From NCBI GenBank assembly GCA_963675595.2, contig CAXXLZ010000002.1, positions 3,488,001-3,552,000 on the forward strand: 64,000 bases of DNA, given 5' to 3'. Shown in pieces: positions 1 to 9,678 of this stretch; within the stretch, counting starts at the first letter, position 1, and the number at the start of each line of letters is the position of its first letter. Source of the stretch: Thermodesulfobacteriota bacterium (lineage in GTDB: Bacteria > Desulfobacterota > Desulfarculia > JACQYL01). The notes beneath the pieces were generated by a model, which saw only the letters and a program-made list of their open reading frames with translations, had not been told where the DNA came from and ran no database searches. Made by a program: the position numbers and the translations under genes.

Positions 1-722
1 AGCTCTTCGAGGTACGGTGCGAAGAAAATATTCACCGCGTCCCAGCCGATGGCGCCGGCGAAGTTGCTTTGCAGCGCCGCGGCGAACTTGACCATGTGGG
101 CAAGCAAAACCTCGGCGTGTTTGGCGGGTTTGGCCATGGCAAGAGAATTCGGAAGGTTGAGACCGAACTTCTTGAGGTATTCCAGTGATTGGCCGGAGCA
201 GTAAGGACGATCTATGAATCCCAGATCGTGGAGATGGAGGTCTCCGCGCATGTGGGCGTCGGCGATATCCTGTGAGAAGACGTTTAAAAGCGCGTATTCT
301 TTCTTGATTCCTTCGGCCAGTGTCAGATTGGTGGCTTCCGGACCATGGGGAACGTTGGCGTTTTCCTTGTTGGGCCTCAGGATCAGTTGTTCCACGTCAT
401 AAAGGGGCACGCCCAAGCGGGTATGCATGCTTCGGGCATCCTCGAGTCCGAGTTCGATAAGTTGGGCGTTGACCAGCTCTCGAACGAGTGGGGCCGTAAT
501 GATTCGAATTCCCGACCGATGTATCTGTTCCTCCACGGCCAAGGCAATCCGACTTGCCGTTTCCGACTCTACAATGGTTTCACGGACCAAGGCTTCGGCG
601 ATTTTCCCTCGATCCCATCCCTCGATGTCGTCACTTGAAGTTCTGACGAAAAGGGCCATATCCGTCGTTTCGGATTCGAGCATTCGATCCGACTTCGGAG
701 CGAATTCCAACACTTTTGTCAT
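1..722 (-). CDS. nrdD: Anaerobic (class III) ribonucleoside-triphosphate reductase, N-terminal part; runs off the window edge
   Basis: Not in the ORF track. Manual translation from the ATG at 722 gives MTKVLEFAPKS...FVRTSSDDIEGWDRGKIAEALVRET (ATP cone)...KENANVPHGPE...AHMRGDLHLHDL...RPYC...QSNFAGA, all typical NrdD motifs. GGAG RBS upstream. Confidence 0.93.
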   Translation of the reverse strand, partial: MTKVLEFAPKSDRMLESETTDMALFVRTSSDDIEGWDRGKIAEALVRETIVESETASRIALAVEEQIHRSGIRIITAPLVRELVNAQLIELGLEDARSMHTRLGVPLYDVEQLILRPNKENANVPHGPEATNLTLAEGIKKEYALLNVFSQDIADAHMRGDLHLHDLGFIDRPYCSGQSLEYLKKFGLNLPNSLAMAKPAKHAEVLLAHMVKFAAALQSNFAGAIGWDAVNIFFAPYLEE

Positions 723-729
723 ACTCTCC

Positions 730-777
730 CCCCTACTTGTTGTGTAGGGGCAGATGATAGACCACTACATCTAGTGA
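730..777. promoter_or_regulatory. Tandem NrdR boxes
   Basis: cccCtActTgTtGtgt (730-745) and ccaCtAcATcTaGtga (762-777) match the consensus acaCwAtATaTwGtgt. Starts are 32 bp apart, directly upstream of nrdD. Confidence 0.85.
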
Positions 778-1040
778 GTCAACAGAAAAGCATTCTCCGT
801 AAAGGATCTGGAACCGAAATACTAGAAATGGAAAGATCTCGAATTTCCGGGACCCGGAAACACGTCCATGGGCGGAGAGTCCGGTCGCTGAGAATCGAGG
901 GGAATCTTATATGAAGTAGGTAATCATGCGATGAATTCGGCGTTGACCACGGTTCCGAGAGATGTCCAACGGGTGAGGGAGTGCCTGTGCGGGGTGACGA
1001 GTGAAGCGGACGGGCCTTTGATCCGTTGACGCGGAGGGAG

Positions 1041-1517
1041 TTATTCGAAAATCGGAGGCCGCTTGAGTCGAAGCAGAAGAAAATAGGAGAGCAGTCCGGG
1101 AATCAGCATGGCCGAGTCTCTAAGCAGGGTCAGCCAATTCATTTTTTCCGCGTTGGGGTCCAAGGTGAAACAACCGCAGGAGATATCCAGGCCGCGGGCG
1201 AGACTGATGGTGATGGCTCCCATGAAGGCGACGAGCATACAGTTGATCAAAGTAAGGGAAGCCCACTCGAACCATCCGAAGATCAGGAAAGTGCCGGCCA
1301 GAGCCTCAACCCACGGCAACACGATGGCGAGAAGATTGACGGCTTCCGAGGGTAGAAGCCGATAATTGAACAAAGCCCGAGCGAAAAGTTCCGGATGTCG
1401 GATCTTGTCAAAGCAGGCGTAAAGGAACAGGCCTCCAAGGAGAATCCGCAGGAAAAGCCACGTCCATCTCATCCAACTCGGGTGATCCTCGCCCCTCGGG
1501 TTCTTCTTCCGGTTCAC
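1041..1517 (-). CDS. MauE/DoxX-family membrane protein
   Basis: RILLGGLFLYACFDKI...YRLLP...LPWVE...GLDISCGCF, with 4 hydrophobic segments. Start is either GTG 1517 or ATG 1472. Confidence 0.85.
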   Translation of the reverse strand: MNRKKNPRGEDHPSWMRWTWLFLRILLGGLFLYACFDKIRHPELFARALFNYRLLPSEAVNLLAIVLPWVEALAGTFLIFGWFEWASLTLINCMLVAFMGAITISLARGLDISCGCFTLDPNAEKMNWLTLLRDSAMLIPGLLSYFLLLRLKRPPIFE

Positions 1518-1530
1518 ACGCGTCCTTTCG

Positions 1531-2061
1531 CTACGAATCCAAGCCGGTCCGATCCTCCGGCGGGGGGCCTTTTTCCGTGGGCCGCTTCGATTCCTTCCAA
1601 CCCCGCAGGCCGTCAATGTACACGCCCAGGTTTATGAAACCTTGAAGCACGAGTTTGTCGGCCAGGTCGTCACTCATGTGGCAGCTCGCCTCGCTGCAGT
1701 ATAAGACGATGAGTCCGGCTCCAAGTAGGCGATCTTCAAGTATCGGAAAGAACTCATCGTAGCGGTATACGGGCAGGTTCAACGCGCCGGGGATTCTTTC
1801 TTCACGGTAGTCGGCGGGATCTCGCGCATCGACGAACAGAGCGGCGCCGTTATTAAGCAGAAATGCGGCGTCCTCATTTCCGATATGCAGCACTCCTTGA
1901 GGCAATCGGCGTCCGGCGTATTTTGCTTCCCAGTCCCGGACCAGAGGAAGGCCGTCCGGACGCATGGCGTTGAATCCAAGCGCCAACACGGAGCTCAGAA
2001 CCAAAATGAGCAACAGCCCTTGCGCTTGTCCGTACAACCATCGTCTTGCTTCTTCAGTCAT
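1531..2061 (-). CDS. Membrane-anchored rhodanese-domain protein
   Basis: N-terminal TM segment, then FVDARD...Y...IPGALNLP...IVLYCSEASC...GLRGW rhodanese motifs. Confidence 0.85.
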   Translation of the reverse strand: MTEEARRWLYGQAQGLLLILVLSSVLALGFNAMRPDGLPLVRDWEAKYAGRRLPQGVLHIGNEDAAFLLNNGAALFVDARDPADYREERIPGALNLPVYRYDEFFPILEDRLLGAGLIVLYCSEASCHMSDDLADKLVLQGFINLGVYIDGLRGWKESKRPTEKGPPPEDRTGLDS

Positions 2062-2206
2062 GATTCGTCCGAAACGGGAGAAGTTACAGGATTCCTCTGG
2101 GCACAGACACTGATCGGCCCGAATGGTAAAACTGAGGTTGCATCCTGAAGAAACCCGTCCGCGAGCTTCAATCCTCTCAACCGAAAAGGGAACACTCCAT
2201 CAATAC

Positions 2207-3226
2207 TTATAATCGTCCCTGCAAGTGGAGCCGAACCCAGTGATGCTCAAGCAAGCGGAGCACCTGTCTAGGCGAACGCATCCCGGCGCGTCGGATCTCT
2301 TCTCTCTCCCTTAGAATACGCCTCAGCGAAGCCAGGGCATCTTTTTTCGCCCGGAGAAACACACGTCCCTTTCCTTGTGCCGTCCAGTAAACGAGTGCCA
2401 TAAATCGCAAGGCGAGCGCAGGGAGCAGGAATCCAATCATTAAGGGGCCGGGCATGTTCTTGAGAAAAGTCCATTCCATGTTTCGACTGTTATGGTACGT
2501 GACGAAATCGGATTTTTCTCCCCAAGTGGCGCTGACACGATGATGAACCACGGCGTCGGGAACATAGAGGCAGCTCAAACCCTTGAGCACCGCTCTGAAG
2601 GACAAGTCCACGTCCTCGAAATAGCAGAAGAAGTGCTCGTCGAAGAGGCCGGTCACCTCGAAGAACCTCCTTCGATAGAAACCGGCGCAAGCCCCGGCAC
2701 CGAACACGGGTCCCGGTTCCTTGGGAAGGTCGCTGCGGGGACGTCCTTCGCCGCGCTTCTTGGCCGACCCGGCAATGGAATAAAGGTCGCCTGCGCTGTC
2801 CACGATTTCTCCGTTGTCCAGTCGAAGGACCGTGGAAGCAAAGGAGTCGGCCTCCGGATGCGCCTGAGCGGCGGCAACCAGCCGGGCCAACCAATCCTGC
2901 TCTGCGGACGCGTCACTGTTCAGCAGGGCGATGAACTCCCCTCGTGCTTCGCGGATTCCCGCGTTGCAGCCGGCCGCAAAGCCCAGATTCCGTCCCATGG
3001 CCAGGGTCCGGACGTTGCTCAGCTTTTTGAGGAAATCGAGGCTTCCATCGGAGGACCCATTGTCCACCACGATCACTTCGAAAGATCGGAAGGTCTGACG
3101 ATCCAGGCTTGACAAGGAGTCCGGCAGAAGATGCACGCCGTTGTAGTTGGGGATGATCACACTGATCAATGGATGTTCAGGCAAGGTTTCACCGTTGTCC
3201 AAAAGGAACTCTGATCCAGGCTTCAT
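2207..3226 (-). CDS. Glycosyltransferase family 2 (WbbL/WfgS-like)
   Basis: ISVIIPNYNG, VVDNGSSDGS, NLGFAAGCN, LLNSD, FDEHFFCYFEDVDLSFR. Confidence 0.92.
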   Translation of the reverse strand: MKPGSEFLLDNGETLPEHPLISVIIPNYNGVHLLPDSLSSLDRQTFRSFEVIVVDNGSSDGSLDFLKKLSNVRTLAMGRNLGFAAGCNAGIREARGEFIALLNSDASAEQDWLARLVAAAQAHPEADSFASTVLRLDNGEIVDSAGDLYSIAGSAKKRGEGRPRSDLPKEPGPVFGAGACAGFYRRRFFEVTGLFDEHFFCYFEDVDLSFRAVLKGLSCLYVPDAVVHHRVSATWGEKSDFVTYHNSRNMEWTFLKNMPGPLMIGFLLPALALRFMALVYWTAQGKGRVFLRAKKDALASLRRILREREEIRRAGMRSPRQVLRLLEHHWVRLHLQGRL

Positions 3227-6200
3227 TGCCTGAGGGTGGCGTCCGGACGAGACAGTGTCAAGTTCGGGTTATAGAAAGGGTCATTGGCGATCTTGTCGCC
3301 CCACCGCTCCAGCATGAAGTGAACCTCCTCCTTCCGGTCCGAAGTGTGGCCCCGGGAAATGGACTCGTAATGGACCATGCACGAATAAGGAGTATACACG
3401 ACCCGATATCCCGCCTGCTGTAAACGGAGGCAGTAGTCTACGTCCTGGAAAGCGACACCCAGTTTCAGCTCGAATCCGCCCAGATCAAGGAACAGTTTTC
3501 GACGAGTCATCATGCATGCGGCGGTTACGGCGCTTACGTTCCGAACCGTGTTCAGCCACCCTTGATACCCGGGATTTCCGCTGGGAAATCCATGAAAGAT
3601 GTGCCCGGCCACTTCGTTGTGACTCAGCCCAAGAACCACTCCCGCATGCTGAACCGTGGCGTTATCGTAAATAAGCTTTCCTCCCGCCGCACCCACGTCT
3701 TCCATTTGGGCCTGCTCCAGCAGGGATTCCATCCACTGGGGTTCGACAACCTTCGTATCGTTGTTGAGGAAAAGCAGGTAATCGCCCCGGGCCGCTTGAG
3801 CCGCGTGATTCATCATCCGGGAAAAGCTGAACGGATACGGCGCTCTTAACAGCCTCACATGAGAGTACTTCAGGTAAGAACGGGTCGGACAGGCACTCTG
3901 GTTGTCCACTACGATGATTTCATAGTTTGCCCATCCGGTTTTTTCAACCAGTGAGGAAAGACAAGTTTCCAGCATCAGCAGGCGGTCACGAGTGGGAATA
4001 ATGACCGAGACCATGGGGTAGCCTTTGATGCCGTATCTCACTCTAAAAAAATTGAAGAATGCGCCGTTCTCGACACGACCCGGCACATTGCGCCGCTCAA
4101 GAGCGTCGCTCAGCGCTTTGGTGCTCAGGCGGACCGTGTCCTCCATCGCACGGTTTTGACTGGATCGGGAGTCTTCATGTTTTCGCCAATGATAAAGCAC
4201 CCGAGGTATATGATACACCTTATCGGTCTTTTCCGTGGCTCTCAGGATCAGGTCGTAATCTTGGCTGATGGTGAACCCTTCTCGAAAGCCGTTGATTTGC
4301 TTGAGAAGCGAACGCCTCAAGACATTGAAATGCACCATATACATCGTGGACAGCAGGAACTCGGGGGACCAATCCGGGCGAAAAAACACCTCGACCGGAT
4401 TCCCCGCCTCGTCGATCTTGTCTTCGTCGGTATAAATAACGTCCGCGTTGGGCTCTTCCTGCAGAAGACGAACGATTTCCCAGAGCGCATCCTCTTCGAG
4501 GACGTCGTCATGATCGAGAAATCCCACGAATTCTCCCCGACACATTTCCAAAGCTGAATTGGAGGCCCCGACAATGCCTTGGTTCTCCCGGTGAAACCTG
4601 CATCGGATTCGGGCGTCCCGCGATACGGCTTCTTTCAGTATCCGGCGAACTTCTTCCCTAGTGGAGCCGTCGTCCACGATGCAAAGTTCCCAGTGGGGGT
4701 ACGCTTGTCTGATCACCGATTCTATGGCTTGGGACAGATGTTTGGAATTGGTGTTGTAGACGGGGGTGACAACGCTGATCAGAGGGAGGTGAGACCATGC
4801 CTCGACCGCTCTAGCCATCTCGAGAGCATTGCGGCGTCCGCGATTCTTGAGAAGGGACCGGTACTGCTCGATGAGCGCGGGCGCATCCACGGTGAGTGGG
4901 CCGCGCACAGCCCGGCGAACCGCTTCGCGCATTCCATGATTGCTTAGATAGCGCACGCCGGCTCTCACTTTGCGGGACGGAGCCAGAAGTCGATCCCGGA
5001 GTCGATAGTACCCCTTTAGAAATTTCCATCCCCGGCCGGAGTAGATATAGGAGAGGAGCGCTTCGGCTTGTTCCGCGCGGTCTCGTTGAGTTTCGACCTC
5101 AAGTGCCAACCTGCGGATGGTCTCGGATGCCAGTTCAAGGCGGCCGGCGGATCGAATCAGCGAACGCCGGTCGTGGGTCAGGTCTTTCTCCGTTTCCTCC
5201 AACCGGTTCTGGACTTGTCCCAGTTCGGATTGCGTTGCGTTCAGTTCGGTCTCGGCGTCGGCGACCCGGGCTTCGAGATATTCCTTGTCGTCCAGGAGTT
5301 TTTGTTGGCGCTTCATGTCGAAGACCAACGCGGGCCGTCTTCCGGCCGCCGGCGGCCTCTTGCCTTGTCCTTTCGCTTCGGTCAATCCCTTGAGGAAGTG
5401 ATGCAGCGGCTCCACACATTTTTCCCAACTGAATCGCTCTCGCGCCAAAGCGGACGCTTTTTGGGACGCGGCTTCGCGAGCCTTGCCGTCGAGGAGCAAC
5501 CGGCTGATCGCCTCGGTAAGGGCATCGGGGTCTTTCGCGGGAACCGTGGCCCCGGCCTCTGCCGCCTGAACGATCTCCCCCAGGGAGTCGCCGGCGGTGC
5601 ACACTACGGGCAGCCCTCCCCAGAGGCAATCAATCATTCGGTTCCGGGCCGAGTAGGTGGTTTCTGCGAAGGGCTTGGATGTGATCACAGCCAGATCGGC
5701 GTCGAGGTAGATGACGGCCCGGTCTTCATAAGCAACCCAAGAATGGAAAAACACTCTGCGGTTGAGCAAACCTTTTTCAGAGGCAAGCTCTTTGGCCTTG
5801 GCCGCTCCGATCACGGAGAAACCGGGAGTGATGGGATTTTCCGCTCCAACAAAAACCAAGGCCGCTTGGATTCCCCGGCTCAAGAGTTTCTCCAAGGCCA
5901 GGATCGGCGGCTCGGGGTCGAACCAAGGATACAGTCCGCCGGGACACAGGATGATGTACCAATCGTCCGGAATGACTCCTCCACCCCGGAAGAGAACCAG
6001 TCCCTCTTTGCGTTGAGGCGGCAGAGAGGGCACACCGGTCGGAACCAGCGCCAAAAGCTCTTCGGGTGGAAATTCGGGAGTGATGCGGCCGGACAAGGTG
6101 AGCATACCTGAGTAATAGTCTCGTTGGCGATCCGTCGCGCAGATGAACAAATCACCATTGAGCAGCGCGGAATCAAGATTGAGGCGGACTTGGTTCAGAT

Positions 6201-6573
6201 CTTTGAAGTGGTCTTCCGGATTATGAAACAACTCGTCGGACTGCAGAATTGCCATGAATTCCGGATCGAACAAGTCCACGATCACCGGGACGTTTACCAA
6301 GCGCCGGAAAAGCGTTTCGGCTATGTAGTGGGGAATAAGGCAGGCGTCGGTTGCATGGCAAAGATCGTAAACGTTCGACTCATCCCATTTCGCGACTTGG
6401 AAAGGGTCGTCATATTCTTGGTGGTCCGGCAGTCGATGGGGCTGGGCCAGGACGATGTCGTGTCCCAAACGGTGAAGGGCACGGGCGATCTCAAGCGTCC
6501 GGATGGCCGGGCCGGACAAGAGCCCTCCCAGCGGATAGACTTCGAAGGTGCTGATAATCAAAAACCGAGCCAT
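3223..6573 (-). CDS. Multidomain glycosyltransferase: GT4-like, coiled coil, two GT2 domains
   Basis: N-terminal GT-B domain (GGLPVV, FSWE), a heptad-rich segment, then ISVVTPVYNT/DDGS/FLDHDD and VSVIIPTRD/FLNND/DPFYNPNL. Start placed at MARFLIIS (ATG 6573). Confidence 0.9.
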   Translation of the reverse strand: MARFLIISTFEVYPLGGLLSGPAIRTLEIARALHRLGHDIVLAQPHRLPDHQEYDDPFQVAKWDESNVYDLCHATDACLIPHYIAETLFRRLVNVPVIVDLFDPEFMAILQSDELFHNPEDHFKDLNQVRLNLDSALLNGDLFICATDRQRDYYSGMLTLSGRITPEFPPEELLALVPTGVPSLPPQRKEGLVLFRGGGVIPDDWYIILCPGGLYPWFDPEPPILALEKLLSRGIQAALVFVGAENPITPGFSVIGAAKAKELASEKGLLNRRVFFHSWVAYEDRAVIYLDADLAVITSKPFAETTYSARNRMIDCLWGGLPVVCTAGDSLGEIVQAAEAGATVPAKDPDALTEAISRLLLDGKAREAASQKASALARERFSWEKCVEPLHHFLKGLTEAKGQGKRPPAAGRRPALVFDMKRQQKLLDDKEYLEARVADAETELNATQSELGQVQNRLEETEKDLTHDRRSLIRSAGRLELASETIRRLALEVETQRDRAEQAEALLSYIYSGRGWKFLKGYYRLRDRLLAPSRKVRAGVRYLSNHGMREAVRRAVRGPLTVDAPALIEQYRSLLKNRGRRNALEMARAVEAWSHLPLISVVTPVYNTNSKHLSQAIESVIRQAYPHWELCIVDDGSTREEVRRILKEAVSRDARIRCRFHRENQGIVGASNSALEMCRGEFVGFLDHDDVLEEDALWEIVRLLQEEPNADVIYTDEDKIDEAGNPVEVFFRPDWSPEFLLSTMYMVHFNVLRRSLLKQINGFREGFTISQDYDLILRATEKTDKVYHIPRVLYHWRKHEDSRSSQNRAMEDTVRLSTKALSDALERRNVPGRVENGAFFNFFRVRYGIKGYPMVSVIIPTRDRLLMLETCLSSLVEKTGWANYEIIVVDNQSACPTRSYLKYSHVRLLRAPYPFSFSRMMNHAAQAARGDYLLFLNNDTKVVEPQWMESLLEQAQMEDVGAAGGKLIYDNATVQHAGVVLGLSHNEVAGHIFHGFPSGNPGYQGWLNTVRNVSAVTAACMMTRRKLFLDLGGFELKLGVAFQDVDYCLRLQQAGYRVVYTPYSCMVHYESISRGHTSDRKEEVHFMLERWGDKIANDPFYNPNLTLSRPDATLRQ

Positions 6574-6917
6574 CTGGAATCTTTTCGTCGCCGGAACTTG
6601 GCTCTCCCGCCTCAAGCCGAGTTCCCTTCTACCATTCTTTGTACGAAAAACAAGCCCTAATCCGAGGGGAAACGAGTTTGAACTCCGCGAGAGAGGTTGC
6701 GGAACCATACCATGAAAGCTTCCATGAATGAATTACCGGAACTCTCGGACAACTTGATTCTTCTCCTAAGGCATAGAATGGAGTTGACAAAAAGCCCTGT
6801 CGCCCCTAAACCGTTGCTCACGGTTCAGGCTCACCCCGTCCCATAAGGTCAGGGGAGGCGTCGCCGAAGACCAATTCGCTTGCCTTGACGGATGCCATGG
6901 CGGGAAAGAGCATTTCT

Positions 6918-6926
6918 TGGTATAAT
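6918..6926 (+). promoter_or_regulatory. Extended -10 sigma70 promoter for the + strand GT genes
   Basis: Perfect TGgTATAAT. A second candidate, TTGACA-17-TAAACC, lies at 6784-6812. Confidence 0.55.
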
Positions 6927-7068
6927 ACCATTCGTTTTATTAGGTCGGTCACCACCTGAATAGGGCTTCGATTTGAAGGCCTTGAAGGTTCTTTCTTTTT
7001 GACGACGTTTTTTCCCTTTTCCCGGACTCCCGGTTTTGAATGTGAACTCGGTACCAAACCAAAACCCG

Positions 7069-9678
7069 ATGGTTTCCATTGTCGTCCGCACCAAGAACAG
7101 GCCTCATCTCCTGTTGCGAGCGATAGGAAGCATTGCCCGCCAGGATTATCGTCCCCTCGAAATCGTACTGGTCAACGACGGAGGAGCTGAGCCGGATCTG
7201 GAACAACTGATCCGGGAATTGGGCGACGTTCGGCTTGAGTATGTGCGCCACGAGCAATCTCAAGGCCGGGCTCGGTCCGCTAATGCGGGCATGCAACGGG
7301 CCTCGGGTCGATTTATCGGTTTTTTGGACGATGACGACGAATTTATCCCGGAGCACGTATCTCTTCTCGCCGGAGTGCTGAAAGATTCCGATTTCCGGGT
7401 GGCCTATTCGGATTGTCGCCCGGTCTATTCGGTATATGATCCTGAACGGAAGGGATTCCAGCACCACCTGCTGGACCCGATGGAATCTTTGGACCCGGAC
7501 CCCAAACTACTTCTCCAGGAAAACCACATTCCCTTCATTTGTCTGATGGTTCACCGAGAGGTCCTGGAAAGCGTGGGATATCTCGATGAAGATTTCGAGC
7601 TGTACGAAGACTGGGATTTTATCATCAGGCTGTCCAAACGCTATTCATTTTACCACGTAAAACGCGTCACTTGTATGTATCGTCAATGGGACTCCCGCAC
7701 CCAGATGGCTTTTATCGGGGGTCGACAAGCGGAAGACGCCTATCTCAAGGTGATGCGGAAATATCGACCCGACTTCACGCCTGAAATTCTGCTGCGCCTC
7801 TATCATGAGAAGAAGCACGTCGACAATGTGCTGCAGGACAAGAAGCACCGCGAAAGGGAACAACGGCGGGAAGTCGAGACTTTAACTCGGACCTTCAATG
7901 AGAAGCTGGCTCTGAAGGACAGCGAGCTTCTAAGGAAAGACCGTCTTTTCGAGCAAGAACGGCAAAAAGCCGCGGAGGAGCGGGAAAAGCTCGCCCAGGA
8001 ACTGCATGCGGTAATTGACCTGAGAAATCGAACCATTCAGGAGTTCGGCCGCGACAAGGAGCGACTTAAGGGCGAGATCGAAGGGTTGATGCAGACGCTG
8101 GATCAACACCGGTTGGATATGCTGCAGCAGCGGGCCGAAGTGAACCGTTTCAAAGCCGAACTCGACGCCATTCGTTCGACGATGGGATGGCAAGTGGTGA
8201 GGCGGTTTCAATCTCTGATGAACCGTCTCTTTCCACCGGGCTCCATACGAGGATGGCCCTATCATAACGCCAAAAAGGTCGCGCGTACCCTCGCTACGGG
8301 AGGCGTCACCCTGCTTGCGAAGAGAGTCAGGTCCAAAGTCAGGGGAGCTTCCGCGCGATTCAAGGGAGCCGAACGGTATACTTTTTCCGTACCGGACCTT
8401 CTGGGGAGCTTTCACGAGCCGTTGCCCGCGACTTTATCGGTGGTGATTCCCACTTGGAACGGAGGCGCCGCTTTCGAGCACGTGCTGGAAAAAATCCTCT
8501 CTCAAAAAGGGATTCGGAACCTTGAGGTCATTGTGGTGGACTCCGGCTCGACGGACGACACCATGAACATCGCTTCCGACGCCGGCGCCGTTGTATTGCG
8601 TGAAGCCCCCGGGAATTTTACCCATGGCGGCACCCGAAATCTAGGCGCCGAGCCGGCCAAAGGTGATTTTATCCTGTTTATGACCCAGGATGCGGTGCCG
8701 GCGGGCGAATACGCGGTCTACCAAATGGTGAAGACCCTCATGGAAAATCCGGACGTGGCCGCTGCGAGTTGCCGGGAGGTTCCTCGTACGGATGCGGACT
8801 TGTTTGCCTGCTGGCAGATCGCCAACCATCATGAGGTCCTTGAGCTTCATACGGATACCATCGTCGGTGTGGACAAAGCACAATTCAAGAGGATGTCTCC
8901 AGGGGAAAGAAGACGGCTTTCACAGCTCAACAATATTTTTTGTTGCGTAAGAAAAGAGGTGTTTGACCGGTATAAGTTTCGCAGGATCGAGTATTCCGAG
9001 GACCTTGATCTAGGACTTCGCTTTCTGGAAGGAGGTCACAAGATCGCCTACCTCCATTCCGTGGGCGTGATCCATTCCCATAATCGTCCTCCCTCCTACT
9101 TCTTCAAGCGGAGCTTCGTGGATACCCACTGGCTTTCTCAATTGCTGGGTTACGACTCAGTCAACTGGAGACAACAGGGATTCGAGAGTTTAGCCGATTT
9201 CTATTCGCGTAACGTGGGGCTGCTGGAAGCAACGTGCCTGCTGGCGCGAGAGCTGACCGATCAATCGAGTTTTTCCCCGAACTCCGCGGCGGGTCGTTTG
9301 AGGGAGATTTCTTTGAACGGGGGCCCGTCCAAGCGTGCGGAACTGGGGCAGTGGGACTCGAACCTTTCTTCCATACTGGAAGGCTTGGAGCCCCTCATTT
9401 TCAGGGATGCCGATCCCTTTTCTTCGGGAAACGGCGTTCCGTACATACTGGATCCATTCAAAGATCCTCTGGAACGTTATCTGGCATTCGCAACCCGAGT
9501 CACCTCCGGCGAGTATCGGATGTCCGAGATTCGGCAGGGGCTGGTAAAGCTCGCCGCTACCTTTACGGGTGCCCTATTAGGTGCCGCCGCTCACTTCTAC
9601 AGGGAGCACCCGGGCCGGAACGCGGCGCCGGCGGAGTATTTCGACCGGATCACCAGCTATCTCAGGGCCGATATATGA
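7069..9678 (+). CDS. Multidomain glycosyltransferase: GT2, coiled coil, GT2 (rhamnosyltransferase-like)
   Basis: VSIVVRTKNR/NDGG/FLDDDD/EDWDF, a long coiled coil, then LSVVIPTWNG/VDSGSTD/HGGTRN/MTQDA/VIHSH. Start at ATG 7069 or slightly upstream. Confidence 0.9.
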   Translation: MVSIVVRTKNRPHLLLRAIGSIARQDYRPLEIVLVNDGGAEPDLEQLIRELGDVRLEYVRHEQSQGRARSANAGMQRASGRFIGFLDDDDEFIPEHVSLLAGVLKDSDFRVAYSDCRPVYSVYDPERKGFQHHLLDPMESLDPDPKLLLQENHIPFICLMVHREVLESVGYLDEDFELYEDWDFIIRLSKRYSFYHVKRVTCMYRQWDSRTQMAFIGGRQAEDAYLKVMRKYRPDFTPEILLRLYHEKKHVDNVLQDKKHREREQRREVETLTRTFNEKLALKDSELLRKDRLFEQERQKAAEEREKLAQELHAVIDLRNRTIQEFGRDKERLKGEIEGLMQTLDQHRLDMLQQRAEVNRFKAELDAIRSTMGWQVVRRFQSLMNRLFPPGSIRGWPYHNAKKVARTLATGGVTLLAKRVRSKVRGASARFKGAERYTFSVPDLLGSFHEPLPATLSVVIPTWNGGAAFEHVLEKILSQKGIRNLEVIVVDSGSTDDTMNIASDAGAVVLREAPGNFTHGGTRNLGAEPAKGDFILFMTQDAVPAGEYAVYQMVKTLMENPDVAAASCREVPRTDADLFACWQIANHHEVLELHTDTIVGVDKAQFKRMSPGERRRLSQLNNIFCCVRKEVFDRYKFRRIEYSEDLDLGLRFLEGGHKIAYLHSVGVIHSHNRPPSYFFKRSFVDTHWLSQLLGYDSVNWRQQGFESLADFYSRNVGLLEATCLLARELTDQSSFSPNSAAGRLREISLNGGPSKRAELGQWDSNLSSILEGLEPLIFRDADPFSSGNGVPYILDPFKDPLERYLAFATRVTSGEYRMSEIRQGLVKLAATFTGALLGAAAHFYREHPGRNAAPAEYFDRITSYLRADI

